Origin: Amphiscolops sp. MND2022
Taxonomy: Eukaryota
Direction of reading: 5' to 3'
DNA length: 64,000 nucleotides
Assembly (NCBI GenBank): GCA_964187785.1
Contig: OZ076418.1
Span: forward strand, 28,644,001 to 28,708,000
The notes beneath the pieces are model-generated. The model was not told where the DNA came from, made no database searches, and saw only the letters and a list, made by a program, of their open reading frames with translations. Of the stretch, positions 1 to 11,482 are shown piece by piece. The position numbers and the translations under genes were made by a program. How positions within the stretch are numbered: the stretch's first letter is position 1; the number at the start of each line of letters is the position of its first letter.

Positions 1-2000
1 TGACCCTTTCTGTTGGAAGGTCTGCCATGACTTGATAAGGCGGTTTCAGATTGAATTTTTGACATTTTACACACAGTTTTATTACTGCATTTACTTGATG
101 TTTTCCCGATGTGCACCAATATTCTTGCCTCATTAAGTTGAGTGTTATCTGGCCCCCACCATGATGGGAACCTTCATGAAAATGACGAATTACGAGGATG
201 GTAAAATGCCCAGAGGGTGGAAGAAGAACAGGAAACTTCTTGTTTTCCGAATAATAGGATTGAGCAAGTCGGCCGCCGACTCTTATGACTTTAAATTCTT
301 CATCAAAGAATGGATTAAGATTCAGCAGGTTACTTTTGCAATTAATGGGACGCCTTTGGGAAAGAGCAGTGAACTCGTTGATGAAGTAAATTCTTTGCAG
401 TTGAGAGACGATTAGAAATTTTGCAGTTTGTATTTCAGCAAATGAATAAGAACCTTTCGATATTCTTATGTCTGAGTGAAGAGCTTTGAGGAATATTTGC
501 TTGATGCGAAGAATGAAGCACACAGTGTTCAAAAGGCGTCGAAGTGACGAAAACCGAGAAATGTCGATTAACGGAATAGAATCTAATGACAAATTAGTTC
601 CAGTTAAAGAACTTACAGCCTCTGTATTCGAAACAACTTTTGTGATTCGTGTTTCAGGGGGTTCTGTAGTGTCTAGGGGAAGCTTGGGCCATTCTGAATG
701 CTGTTTCATTAACCACGAAGGACCATACCACCACAGAGAGGATTTTTTGAGGTCGACTGGAGACATGCCTCTGGATGGCAGATCGGCTGGATTAGAAGTG
801 GTTGGGACATGGTTCCATTTGTCTGGAGAAATGCTGTCTTGTATGATGGCTACACGGTTTGCAACAAAAGTGGTCCACTTTCGGGGAGGCTTAGCAATCC
901 ACTGGAGTACAATAGTAGAGTCCGACCAAGCGAAAACTTCATAGTTTTGAAATTTCGTGAGATGAAGCAATTCTTCAATAATCTTGATTAACTTGCAGCC
1001 AAGGTGGGCAGCACATAATTCCAGTCTGGGAAGCGAGATCTGCTTGATAGGGGCAATACGACTTTTTGAAGCTAGAAGGCGAGTAGTTACAACCCCATTT
1101 TCGTCAACAAATCTAGAATAGACAGCTGCGGCATATGCTGATTCAGATACATCAGTAAAAAGGTGAAGTTGGAAACTTTGGTTTTTTCCAGGGGACAAAA
1201 GACATCTGGGAATAGCAAGGTCATTGAGGCTTGGTAGCTGTTCACGCAGTGTCATCCATTGATCTTGGATGTGCGGTGGAAGAAGTTCATCCCATTGAAT
1301 TCCAGTCGTCCAAATTTCCTGCATTAGTACCTTGTACCTGGTAATGATTGGAGCGAGCCAACCCAGTGGATCAAAAAGCTTGGACAAGTCGGATAAAAAT
1401 GTCCGCTTTGTATAGGCAGTCAATTCAAGAAGAAGGACTTCGAAGGTGAAAACATCCAGATTGGGCTTCCATTTGACACCGAGTGTTTTTATTTGATAAT
1501 CATTATCCAAAATTTTGTCTTTCTCAGCAGTTTCGCGAAGATGTGTTGGCAGATCCAAAGTGATTTCTGGATCACTTGATGTCCACTTTCGTAATTCAAA
1601 CCCATGTTTCCGCAGTTCTTCGGAAACACCGAGCAGTAGAAGCTTGGCCTCAGCAGTGGAAGAAGCACCACTTAAGAAATCATCAACGTAGAAATCGTTT
1701 TGAATGGACGACACAAAAAGTGTCTCCCCACATAGCTCGGCAACTTGTTTGAGGCATCTGGTGGCGTGGAAGGCTGAGGAGGCTATTCCGTACGTGACAC
1801 GGGTCATACGAAGGTGCTGTAAAGGTTCGGTCGGATTATCTCGCCATAAGATACGATGAAAATCACGATCGTTTGTATCTAGACCAACTTGTCTATACAT
1901 TTTAGCCACATCTCCACTGATGGCGACTCTGTGGAATCGGAATCGCATTAATGTTGAGAATAAATCCGGCTGTATAGTACTGCCAACCATCAGGGACTCA
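1..2000 (-). pseudogene. pol: BEL/Pao pol remainder (RT, RNase H, start of integrase), frameshifted
   Basis: Manual translation gives RVTYGIASS, FYVDDFLSG (~1690), FDPLGWLAP, LHLFTDVSESAYAAAVY, WSDSTIVLQWI, NPADLPSRG, LWWYGP, RVGGRL, HHGG. Confidence 0.9.
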
Positions 2001-4217
2001 TTCAATGAAATTCCACTTTGACTTTGCGGATCCGTCAAACACAACGCGTAGTTTCGTGGTTGTTGAATCTTCCTTAATTACGCTGTGATGAGGCAGATAG
2101 AAGACTTGGTCACATGGTTTTTCAAGGTCAGCATTGGGAACAAGCTCCAAATGACCGAGGTCACGGAATTCTTGGATAAATTCTTTGTATTTTGTCTTGG
2201 TATTTGGCATTGATTGCAATCGTTTTTCTAGTGAGAAAAATCGTCTTTGAGCTTGCTGAAGACTTTCGCCTAGTTTTGGAGATTCTTTCTTAAATGGCAG
2301 TTTTACAATGAATCGGCCATTGTCGTCTTGAGTAGTGGTAGCGCGGAAATGCTCTTCGCATGCGATTTCTTCTTTAGTGAGTTTTGATTGTGTCGGAATT
2401 TGTTCTAGTTCCCAAAAATTTTTCAAATTAAATTCTGAAGTGACATGATAGGATTGCGTGGGATGATTGGTTCTGGACGAAGTTTGTCCTGATGCTACCC
2501 AACCAAACTCAGTTTTACGAAAGTATAGGCCATTGCTAGTTTTGATTTTTTCATCCAATACAACATCTTCGAAAATATCTGCTCCTAAGATCAGATCAAT
2601 CTCACGTGGATTTAAGTAGTCTGTGTCAGCCAAAGGACTTACTTCAGGTGGTACAACTATCCGTTCTGGATTTTGCACAGAGGGCATGGTTGAAGCTAGC
2701 CTTGGCAAGATGAATGCTCTAACATTGAAAATTTTGTTGGAATCAATAGTTGATTTGATTTGAAATTGAGTTGAGGCAGTTGGAGTTCTTTGTTTTCTAT
2801 CTCCAATTCCAGTTAGATGGAGCATTTGCTTTTTCCTCTTCAAGTTGAGTAATTGAGCGCAACTTTCAGTGATAAAAGAGCTTTGAGAACCACTATCCAA
2901 AAGGGCTCTGCATGAGATGATAGAGTTGTCCGATGAAATGACGTTGACCATAGCGGTAGGAAGAAGTGTACAAAAACTGTCTCCCCACTTCGTGGAAAGG
3001 TTACTTTGAACCTTTTCGCTTGTTTTACGAATGGAATCATCATGGAGCATGGTATGATGCTTTTTCTGACATTTCTGACAAGTATTTTTGGACTTGCAAT
3101 CTTTCGTTTGGTGACCAAGACGTAAGCAATTGAAGCAAACTTTCAAAATTTTGACTTTATCTCGTTTTTCTGTGATAGATAGCTGTTTGAAATGATCACA
3201 CATGAAGAGTTTGTGAGATGCCTTGCATTGAGGACAGCTTTGAATGCCACTGTGGTAATTTTGGACCGGTTTTTCTTGTGAAGTTTTGTCTTGATTTGAA
3301 TTTCTTGTGGACTTACCAGTCGCTTCAAGGGCATTTGCTCGTGCCTCCAAAAATGTTTTGAATTGATTCATTGTCTGGATTTCATCTCTAGTTGAATTAA
3401 GCTCCCATTGACGTCGTGTAGGGTAGTCTAATTTCTGGGATAGAACTCTGACTAAGAAACAGCTGAGTTGATCTTCTTCCTTTACAAGTTCGTTCAAAGC
3501 CATTGTGTTTTCCACAAAACAATTGACTAAGCTGCGAATGCCTTCTGCAGACTCTTGATTCAAGGGCTTGAAATTGAGAATAGCATCGATATGAGCTCGT
3601 GAAATCAGGCGTTTGTTTTCATATCTTTCCTTCAGGAGTTTCACTGCGACTTTGTAATTTGCACTTGTGATTGGTAAATGGGATAAAAGTTTGGCTGGCT
3701 CACCTTTTAAACTTGATTTGAGATAGTGGAGTTTTTGAATCTCTGGCAATCCATCGTTCGAGTCAACTGATCCATTGAAAAGATCAAAGAAGGGTGTCCT
3801 ATTCTGATAATTGCCATCGAACTTTGGTAGATCTAGTTTGGGTAATTTCAAGTGTAATGAAACTCCAACTGAATGATTGGATTCACTCCCTTCGTTTTGT
3901 GTTTGGTTGAATCTATCGATGATGTGTTCCAATTGCTTCTTCAATTTCCTGAATTCGAAGTCTTTTTTATCAATTAGCTCTAATTCAGCTTCAATTTCAT
4001 TTTCATCGGCCTGTTGGATGATTTCATCGTTGAGAGTGTTAATGAGACTTGTTTTTTCGGTGATGCTTTCAAGTACTGCTTTAACTGTAGTGAGATGGTC
4101 AACTGTGACATCGCTTGTTGATAATTCCAAAATTGGAGTAACTTGCTTTGAACTTCTTGTGATAGATGCGAATTGATAGCCACGCTTCTTTTTAAGGTCG
4201 GCTAAATTCTGTGACAT
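1998..4217 (-). CDS. gag-pol: BEL/Pao Gag-protease-RT N-terminal ORF, ends at a frameshift
   Basis: LKLPKLDLPKFDG (Pao gag), zinc knuckles CPQCKASHKLFMC and CFNCLRLGHQTKDC..CQKCQKKHHTMLH, protease RALLDSGSQSSFI, RT start YLPHHSVIKEDSTTTKLRVVFDGS. ATG of MSQNL at 4217; the track start at 4253 is the PBS read as codons. Confidence 0.93.
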   Translation of the reverse strand: MSQNLADLKKKRGYQFASITRSSKQVTPILELSTSDVTVDHLTTVKAVLESITEKTSLINTLNDEIIQQADENEIEAELELIDKKDFEFRKLKKQLEHIIDRFNQTQNEGSESNHSVGVSLHLKLPKLDLPKFDGNYQNRTPFFDLFNGSVDSNDGLPEIQKLHYLKSSLKGEPAKLLSHLPITSANYKVAVKLLKERYENKRLISRAHIDAILNFKPLNQESAEGIRSLVNCFVENTMALNELVKEEDQLSCFLVRVLSQKLDYPTRRQWELNSTRDEIQTMNQFKTFLEARANALEATGKSTRNSNQDKTSQEKPVQNYHSGIQSCPQCKASHKLFMCDHFKQLSITEKRDKVKILKVCFNCLRLGHQTKDCKSKNTCQKCQKKHHTMLHDDSIRKTSEKVQSNLSTKWGDSFCTLLPTAMVNVISSDNSIISCRALLDSGSQSSFITESCAQLLNLKRKKQMLHLTGIGDRKQRTPTASTQFQIKSTIDSNKIFNVRAFILPRLASTMPSVQNPERIVVPPEVSPLADTDYLNPREIDLILGADIFEDVVLDEKIKTSNGLYFRKTEFGWVASGQTSSRTNHPTQSYHVTSEFNLKNFWELEQIPTQSKLTKEEIACEEHFRATTTQDDNGRFIVKLPFKKESPKLGESLQQAQRRFFSLEKRLQSMPNTKTKYKEFIQEFRDLGHLELVPNADLEKPCDQVFYLPHHSVIKEDSTTTKLRVVFDGSAKSKWNFIE

Positions 4218-4234
4218 TTTTGAACTGATAGTTC

Positions 4235-4252
4235 CTGGGTCTCGCGGCACCA
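4235..4252 (-). promoter_or_regulatory. Primer-binding site of the BEL element
   Basis: TGGTGCCGCGAGACCCAG on the minus strand, 5 nt after the LTR end ...CTCAACA; TGG pairs with tRNA CCA. Confidence 0.75.
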
Positions 4253-4257
4253 ATAAA

Positions 4258-4651
4258 TGTTGAGATTTGTTTTAGTTTGTGTAAAAAGGCTTTACAAAAC
4301 TATACTTGAATTGATTGTTTGATAACCAATTGTTTTTAGAAAGCAGTTCAAGCACAGTTAACCGCCAAATTAAAGTAGTGACGAAAAGTTTGAACAAAAT
4401 GTGAACAAGTCGACAAAGATAAAAAGTCACAGAAATGAACTAAATTAAATATCATATATGAATGTTTAGATTCTTTCCAAATCGGATGAACCAAGTCCAT
4501 TTAGGCGGTCAATTAGAGAAATCTCTACCAATACAGCAGGATTCGCAATAGGGCAGATGATAGGTAAGAGAAGCGATTACCGGGTACGAAAATGGTAAAC
4601 CCCGTTTTTGTCAGCGCTTTTAGTGAAAACTAAAATCGCCCGCCTATTACA
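4258..4651 (-). repeat. Probable 5' LTR of the BEL element
   Basis: Minus strand starts TGTAATAGG (4651) and ends ...AACA (4258) next to the PBS. The partner LTR is outside the window, so the right boundary is inferred. Confidence 0.6.
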
Positions 4652-4719
4652 TCCACTTTCCCAAAACAAAACAAAAATGTGACGGAAACAGATAGAGGGT
4701 GATAGACAAAGTTGACAGT

Positions 4720-4785
4720 TGGGCCAGAGCTAAGTAGTCCGACACAGAAGGACGGTGTTCGAATCCCGTAGGTTCAATCTCTTTT
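4720..4785 (+). repeat. Possible degenerate tRNA-derived SINE head
   Basis: B-box-like GTTCGAATCC at 4757-4766, weak A-box upstream, short T-run downstream. Confidence 0.25.
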
Positions 4786-5326
4786 ACATCTCAATGCGAA
4801 TTCATAAACACAAAAATCTGAAACATCTAAAATCTAAAACTCTAATATGAAAATCACTGCAAAAGTCAGACAAAATGCCAATGATCTTTCATTCTCTTCA
4901 CAACTACCGCTTTTTCCCAGGGACAATGTTTACATTTGGCTCTTTTATCATCTTCTGATCGTTCAAATTCGAGCCAAATTGCATCTCGTTTTCTTCCAGT
5001 AATAACAATTGGAGATGCCATTCGTATGTGAAACAAGACTAACGTTAAAATTCAGCTATGTTTAAAACGTGTTTAAAACAACCTCTGTTTTAAACATGCA
5101 AACCCTCTTTTTCAGGAATTCGAAAAATTTAAAGAAACGGCTTCATCATGAGTGCGAACTCAGTAATGTAACAAGCCTTTAATGTCACAAGTATAGACCC
5201 CCAAAAGAACTTGGGAAGGAAACACAAAGGATTCCCTTAGAAAAGCCTGCCTACTGTCTTTTCGGGAGAAGTGTTCGCTTTTTAAAGTTATCAATAAAGC
5301 TGTAAAAGATGTATTTGACTCCTGAT

Positions 5327-5471
5327 AAAATAAATTATTATCATGGGAGTTTGACTTCCTGAGGATCCTGCAATTTCAAAAATAAATTATTATCCAAAAA
5401 TAAATTATTATTCAAAAATAAATTATTATCATGGGAGTTTGACTTCCTGAGGATCCTGCAATTTCAAAAAT
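5327..5471. repeat. Local direct duplication with AAAATAAATTATTAT repeated four times
   Basis: AAAATAAATTATTATCATGGGAGTTTGACTTCCTGAGGATCCTGCAATTTCAAAAAT occurs twice, separated by extra copies of the 15-mer. Confidence 0.9.
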
Positions 5472-7668
5472 TGACATTGCTTTGGTGCCCTAAGTGAGAG
5501 ATCTCGCGAAACTTCCGACAGTAGAGAATGTCGGCTAACTAGATTGTGTCGGGCACTGTGTAAACACAATGAACTTGAAGATAAATGTACCGGCAGCGTG
5601 TTGTTCTAAACTATCTTACAACAACTACGGATATAGCGTGCAGGGACAAATAGGAGCGCTTTTGGGGAACCTCCGCCTCCTTCTTAGTAAAACGCAATAT
5701 AGTACGGATGACTTCAAAAATTCGGATACAGCGCAATATTTTTGAACCCCGACCCTCTTGAGTGAAACGCAACTTTTGCCACTGTAATTGTCGGGCACAT
5801 TTACTTCTAAAAATGCGCCGACTAAAAACACTAGCTAGTAGCAGGGTCCCATAGAGCAAAAGGCATACGTAGAGTATGAATTACTGGCAAGCCCAAACTT
5901 CATCATAGTCAAGCCAACTCTAGAAAACATGCAACAAGCAAAAACGCCAATTTCATGTGTTATGCAACTTTCATGAGCGGTAGTTATAATTTTCCAAAAC
6001 TAAATCACGTTCTACAAAAATTTCAGTGCTAACAGAAAGTCTGAAATCATTGTTTTAACACTTTTCTAGGGTGTTCAATTGAGGCTTTCGACAACAGTTG
6101 GTATTTTAGTTCAAAGCGACGTCAATCTGTGCATTGTTTAATTGTATTATTGGATAATTGCAAATTGACATCATTTTGTGTGCACGTGTCTAGTATTTCA
6201 GATGTTGAACAAATTTACAATTGAGCTATACTCAGACATTTGACCTTCTTCAAAGAAAAAGGACACTTTGTGACGAAAATTGCAATAAATTGATAACCTA
6301 CAGGAATAATTTCAACAGCTATGGCTTCCCTTTCAGGCCTGAATTGTACGAGTTTTGACAGAAACAAGACTAAAACGACCAAGCAGTCGCTTCTAGTCAC
6401 ACAGGAATAATTCAATAAACAAAACGAGGCATCCAAGTACCTAGCAGAAATATGTTCAATTGTTTCAACTTTTTTACATGGCTGAGCACATAAGTAGAGT
6501 GCAGTTTTGTTTTTAATGAGCTTCATTGCACGATTAACTTTCAAAGAGAAAAAGAGGACCATATTTTTGATAATCCACCCCAATATATACCTCATTTCCT
6601 CCTACACGAAAAACATTGACACTTGTAAAGAAACCACGATAAAAAACTTTCCATCGCATATTCTTACACAAGAGATTAAATTCGATTTAAACTAAGGAAC
6701 CAAAGCATATTTTCAAATTTGCACTTATGAAACTGCTTTTCACAAAAGTTGAAATGAAGAAAAAACAGTTCATGTGAACAGAAGTAATTCGTGCCTTCGA
6801 GGTAATTTTCTTAGTGATTCCAACATAAAACGTGAATTATCTCATTCTTTATACAGAAATTTTTTTCAAGATAAACCATCAAAACCCTCTTTGTGCCGAG
6901 CGAAAAAAAAGAAGTCATGTTGACAAACTAGTATGTTGAGACTAATTCAAAACGCAAAAATTTCCAGGTATAAATTTGAGCGAAAACGTACATGAGTATG
7001 ATTCATGCGCAATAACTAAGAGAAGATGTTAATAATCTTCGAAGTTCCAAGTTTAAGCCTCCAAGCAAGCAAAGTAAGCAATAATGCAATACTGTCAATC
7101 ATCGTGCACATTCTGTCTCAAGTAGCAACCCCTCGTTGAATTCAACTAGTCTAAGAAAATGGCTCCACGTTGACGCCAGATGGCGAAGAATGACCATTGA
7201 AATGATGAGAATGGAAATGTGAAATTGAATATGAAATGGCGAAAACAAAACGTTGTTCTCAAGATGCTCCGAAATTCATCAATTATGAACATTACTGGTT
7301 TTCAGTTCACGCCCACATTTAACATGGGAAGGAGAATTCATTCTCTCAGCCGCTTTTTTGAAAAACTAATTTCGCCACGTTTCAGTTTATAGACAAAAGA
7401 TAGAGGTTCTTTCACAGAAAAAACTAGATTTTCAATGAGCACAATATAAGATTAGTCCATTTCGTTACTGTACTCAGCATCTGGCTCAAAAAAATTACTA
7501 GAATCTCCGGTACTTCGGCATATTTTGATACTTACAAAACTAGAATTAATAACAAGACGGAAAGAGCATCTGAACTCGGGACCTAAAAAGATCAAGGAGA
7601 GCGAAAAATCCCAATAGTAGAAGGCACAGTCACGCAAACAACGATAACCAAAACGGTCAATATTGTAT

Positions 7669-7758
7669 TAGTATTTTAACCGGAGTTGTTACGGAATTAT
7701 GTAAAACAAACCAGGGTAGCATGAGCGGTAAAGGAGTCGGAAACGGATTAAAATACTG
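7669..7758. mobile_element. Small MITE-like element
   Basis: Imperfect terminal inverted repeats TAGTATTTTAACCG ... CGGATTAAAATACTG. Confidence 0.4.
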
Positions 7759-7855
7759 ACACAGAGGCGAAGACATCGATTATTTTAATATGCGTATATA
7801 TATATTATTTTAATCGCATGCGTATGTATTCAACAGTTCAACTTTGTTCAATAAC

Positions 7856-7938
7856 GTCCCTATGGCACAGTGGTCAACACTTATGCCGTGCAATCAGGAG
7901 GCTGCAGGTTCGAATCTCTCTGGGGTTTTGGCTTTTTT
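7856..7938 (+). pseudogene. tRNA-like sequence (tRNA-derived SINE head or pseudo-tRNA)
   Basis: A box TGGCACAGTGG, B box GGTTCGAATC, partial acceptor pairing TCCCTA/TGGGGT, downstream T-run; the anticodon stem does not pair. Confidence 0.55.
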
Positions 7939-8079
7939 CTAAAAGGCGCTCATTATGAAGTTGACTATAGTGGAAAAAACTTACTTAGCTGGACTGCAAT
8001 GCACATTGACTTCGTCATGTGCAAAAAACAAATGTACTTTGTTATTTGGTAATTTTCTATCCTAATTTAGGCTGTTTCT

Positions 8080-8510
8080 CAGATCCCAGCAATACGATTT
8101 TGATGTAATTGCACACATAGGGTCATAATATGGTGTAGAACGACTGTAAAAAGTTTCGTTCGAATCATATGGTCAGTTTTTGAGAAAATCGAAAAAAGTC
8201 CAAACGTGGCCGTTTTTTATCGATTTTGGACTAACTTTGGCTATGTTTAACAGATCCTATCCATGCGATTTTGATGCCATTGCACATACAGGACCCTAAT
8301 ATGATGTAGAAGAACGGTAAAAATTTCGTTCGAATCGTATTGACAGTTTTTGAGAAAATCGAAAAAGTCCAATAATGACCATTTTTCTCAGATCCCAGAC
8401 AATCGATTTTGCTGCCATTGTGCGCGCAGGAGCAACTTTGGGTGTAGAAAGTGTCAACTTTTATAAAAATCGTATTGATAGTTTTGGAGAAATTCGAAAA
8501 TTTAACTGAA
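8080..8510. repeat. Degenerate tandem repeat, ~140-170 bp units
   Basis: Units start CAGATCC at 8080, 8251 and 8389 and share CGATTTTG.TG..ATTG, TGTAGAA, TTTCGTTCGAATC and CAGTTTTTGAGAAAATCGAAAAA. Confidence 0.85.
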
Positions 8511-8852
8511 AAGTCGGGAGAAAAAAAACATCACGATTGCATAAGTAGTTGAAAATTTTTTCCGTCCTAAAAACGAACAAATATGAATTCTGTCGTTCAA
8601 AATAAGTAAAAGAAACTTTAAAATAACAAAGTTCCATATGAGTTTTGTGCCAAGCTTTCATAGGCAGTTGAAATTGATGTTGGATTTGCACATCAAGAAC
8701 TTTTTCAACGTTAATAAACCTAATGGCCGATTTGAGAGTGATGTCGCATTTTGCTATCAAAAATTCCACTAGCCTACTGGTATGACATGTATCAAACAGA
8801 AAAATGGACGAGCTTAATATGCAGCCTAATTGATATTTTAAATATGAATAGG

Positions 8853-9258
8853 GGCTCTTTTCTGTTTTCTCCCCCACCACCAAAAGTTTTTTGAAAAATT
8901 AGGGAAAGTCTTATAACAAAAAGACTTGAATACAAACCAGAAAGCTTCAAATTTACATTTATCCTTAGTGCGACAGTTTAGGATTCAGATAAAACTTTTT
9001 TCACGCTTTTTCGCTATGTAGTTACGCATTTTTGATGAAACCAACAGCTTCCTGTTTTGAGTCATCAATAAACACTGAATACGAACACAATTATAGTCAA
9101 AAAGCGTCAACAATGTTTTGTTCAAGCAAAAAACTATTCCAATTGACGTTAACTTCCCATTATGAAATAAGGTTTTACTTTTAATTAGTCTAGTCTAAAG
9201 TTTTTAAGGAAATTTACTTCCAAAAATTTCGGTGGTGGGGGGAAAACAAAAAAGAGCC
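8853..9258. mobile_element. MITE with ~38-bp TIRs and 8-bp TSD (hAT/Merlin/P-type)
   Basis: TIR GGCTCTTTTCTGTTTTCTCCCCCACCACC / GGTGGTGGGGGGAAAACAAAAAAGAGCC, flanked by TGAATAGG at 8845-8852 and 9259-9266. Confidence 0.85.
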
Positions 9259-9264
9259 TGAATA

Positions 9265-9645
9265 GGCTCTGCAGAACTTCACGCGGCGTGAAATCGTGTG
9301 AATTATTGCTCAATGAAATCTCAGTGTAACCGAAGATAAAAGCGTGACATAACTCAGTTTTTCTCCAAAATTAGGTAGTATGGCGTGAAATTGAATGAAA
9401 TATACCAAAAACAATAACTTTGGCAGAAAATTTGGTTTGTCGTTAAGTTTTTGCAGTCAGCTGAAAATTCTGACAAACGAGCGTCAAAATTTAGATTTTG
9501 AAACTCGAAGAAATTGTTATTTTTGTATATCAACACCAAAAAAATTTGGACAAAATGTGTGAAATAAGCGCGAAATTGGACCGGAATTAACGTGACACGG
9601 AAGCGTGAAATTCGATGGTCCTTCAGCGTGAATTTCTGTGCAGCC
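9265..9645. mobile_element. MITE with TA flanks (Tc1/mariner-like) and CGTGAAAT subterminal repeats
   Basis: TIR GGCTCTGCAGAACTTCACGC vs GCGTGAATTTCTGTGCAGCC; TA on both sides; several (G)CGTGAAAT copies inside. Confidence 0.65.
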
Positions 9646-11206
9646 TATTTTGAACCAATCCAATACTCCCCCTGTACCAAAGCGTAGCAACGGTTCTTTT
9701 GGCCCGTAATGAGAAACGAGGTCGTTCAAGGCGATGAAATCTCTTTAGCTCAGTTGGAAGCGCAAACATTATGCAGACATCAATAGTTCACGATCAAATA
9801 CATGACTGTTAGTTAATATCACAACTTCTCGAAGCGGAAATGAGCTTGACTTAAAATACCTACAGCAAGGTAGGTAGTGAAACTAGAAAAGTCATGTTCT
9901 GAACAGATTTTTGATGCAATGATGTTATAAGGTGTAATCTACCGTGTTCCATTTGTAATCACCCGACTTGATTTTTGGGGTACGAAGTACAAAAGCTAAA
10001 AGTCTTGAAACGTTTCATCATACCAGTTTGGTTTGAGAGCGAATGCTACATTTTCTTAACTGCACAATGATTTGACGAGTCAGAGCAAGTACCAATTAAG
10101 GAGATGCAGACACGGTGGCGGTTTGAGAATAACTTTGATTGAGTTAGCAAGTCTTTGAAGAGGGCGGCGAGACTAAATGACGCAATGTTCGCCATTAACC
10201 AAAACATTATCATGGATACTCAAGCGATGTTATGGTGAAAACGAAAATGCTGAGATGTAGGATAACGAGCCATAGTTTTCTCTACCTGGAACTATTGAGT
10301 TAACAGTGTTGTAGATGCATTTTAGATATCAATGATGCCGATTTCAGAGATATACAAGCGATAATCTAACTTTCAAGCTCTAAAATAAGGCCAAAAATTT
10401 TCTTTCAAAAACAAGGCTACTTCTTTGAAGCAGCAATCAAAAAGCGAGCACTGTTAGAATGAAACCAGTCGGCATTCGTGGTGATCGCTATTCTTCTAGT
10501 ACCCATGTAGAATCATTGATATTGGCGCACTTCCATGAATCTCGCCCATCAGACGAGCACTTCAAATTTACAGCAAAGACATTTTGAAAAACGTGAAAAG
10601 TGGGGAGATGAGGAAGGAAAAGAGCCCCCAACGATTGTTTCTCCTATTATAAGCGATGCTTTATATATTGCACTGTTATAAGGTATGCAATGCTATGAGG
10701 TATAGTACCTGTTGTAAGATATGCTCCAAATCTAAGACGTGGTCATTCATAAAACGTTTTACGTCTCAAACGGGGACCTTTACCTACGCAGCAAACCTTA
10801 TAATACCGTGTTTCTCCTTTTATAAAACATGTTCCGACTGTAAGACATCCCGTCATTTTTTCAGTCGCTGTAATAAAATAAGGCATCCCCTAATGAGGCG
10901 TATTTCTGTTTCGCAACCGGGAAAATTGTAAATCAAGGAAGAATGAGTTATGTCAACTGCCAAAAACCCTTCTATTTGATTTTAAATCGATCTAAACTTC
11001 GTCATTCAAAAAAGATCACGTTAGAATACTTATTTTGGAATTACTGGTAAAACCTAATGATTCACTAATGATTTATGAACCCTATTTGCTCAATTGTTCC
11101 ATGCAAAACATCCCCAAAAGTAAGAATCTTGCGTATATAAGATGCAATTAGGCTCATTGTGCGAGTTACAACTTGATGCAAAATGGGCGATACAATTGGC
11201 GTAGCA

Positions 11207-11482
11207 CTAACTTGCACTGTCGTAAGTATCGCCATCACACGTTTCAGCCCTTTGCATGTTCATGTGCGGCATCTGCTGCTCGTGAACCAAGTCTAGGGAG
11301 GTATTGTCGAACTTGTAGTGCTGCACAAAGCCACTGTTGTCTGGTATAACGCCTCCTGTCTTGAAACCCCCGTTGCCGGAAGCTGCCACCGCGTTCCGAC
11401 CCAACCAGTGATGAATGTCAGCTCCTGATTCCCATGTGGAAATACTTCTGGATCCCTGCCGATTTGTGACGTTAAGTTCTCC
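11207..11482 (-). CDS. Exon 4 of the membrane-protein gene (cytoplasmic tail to stop)
   Basis: Acceptor TTACTTTTCAG|GGAGAA; 91 codons then TAG. Confidence 0.8.
   Translation of the reverse strand, partial: GELNVTNRQGSRSISTWESGADIHHWLGRNAVAASGNGGFKTGGVIPDNSGFVQHYKFDNTSLDLVHEQQMPHMNMQRAETCDGDTYDSAS

Larger units (their letters stand above)
1..4651 (-). mobile_element. BEL/Pao LTR retrotransposon, 3' part beyond window edge
   Basis: Gag-PR-RT-RNaseH-integrase order with Pao-family motifs; PBS and a probable 5' LTR at the right end. Confidence 0.95.

Noticed and set aside
5611-6595. Short Cys-containing minus-strand ORFs as exons of another gene
   Set aside because: I could not link them with in-phase splice sites, and no motif was recognised.
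7175-7190. CTCF-like CCAGATGGCG motif
   Set aside because: Single partial match, expected by chance.
7856-7927. Functional tRNA gene
   Set aside because: A and B boxes are present, but the anticodon stem does not pair and the acceptor stem is imperfect; kept only as pseudo-tRNA/SINE.
8080-8510. CRISPR-like array
   Set aside because: Units are long, degenerate and lack unique spacers; eukaryotic context and no cas genes.
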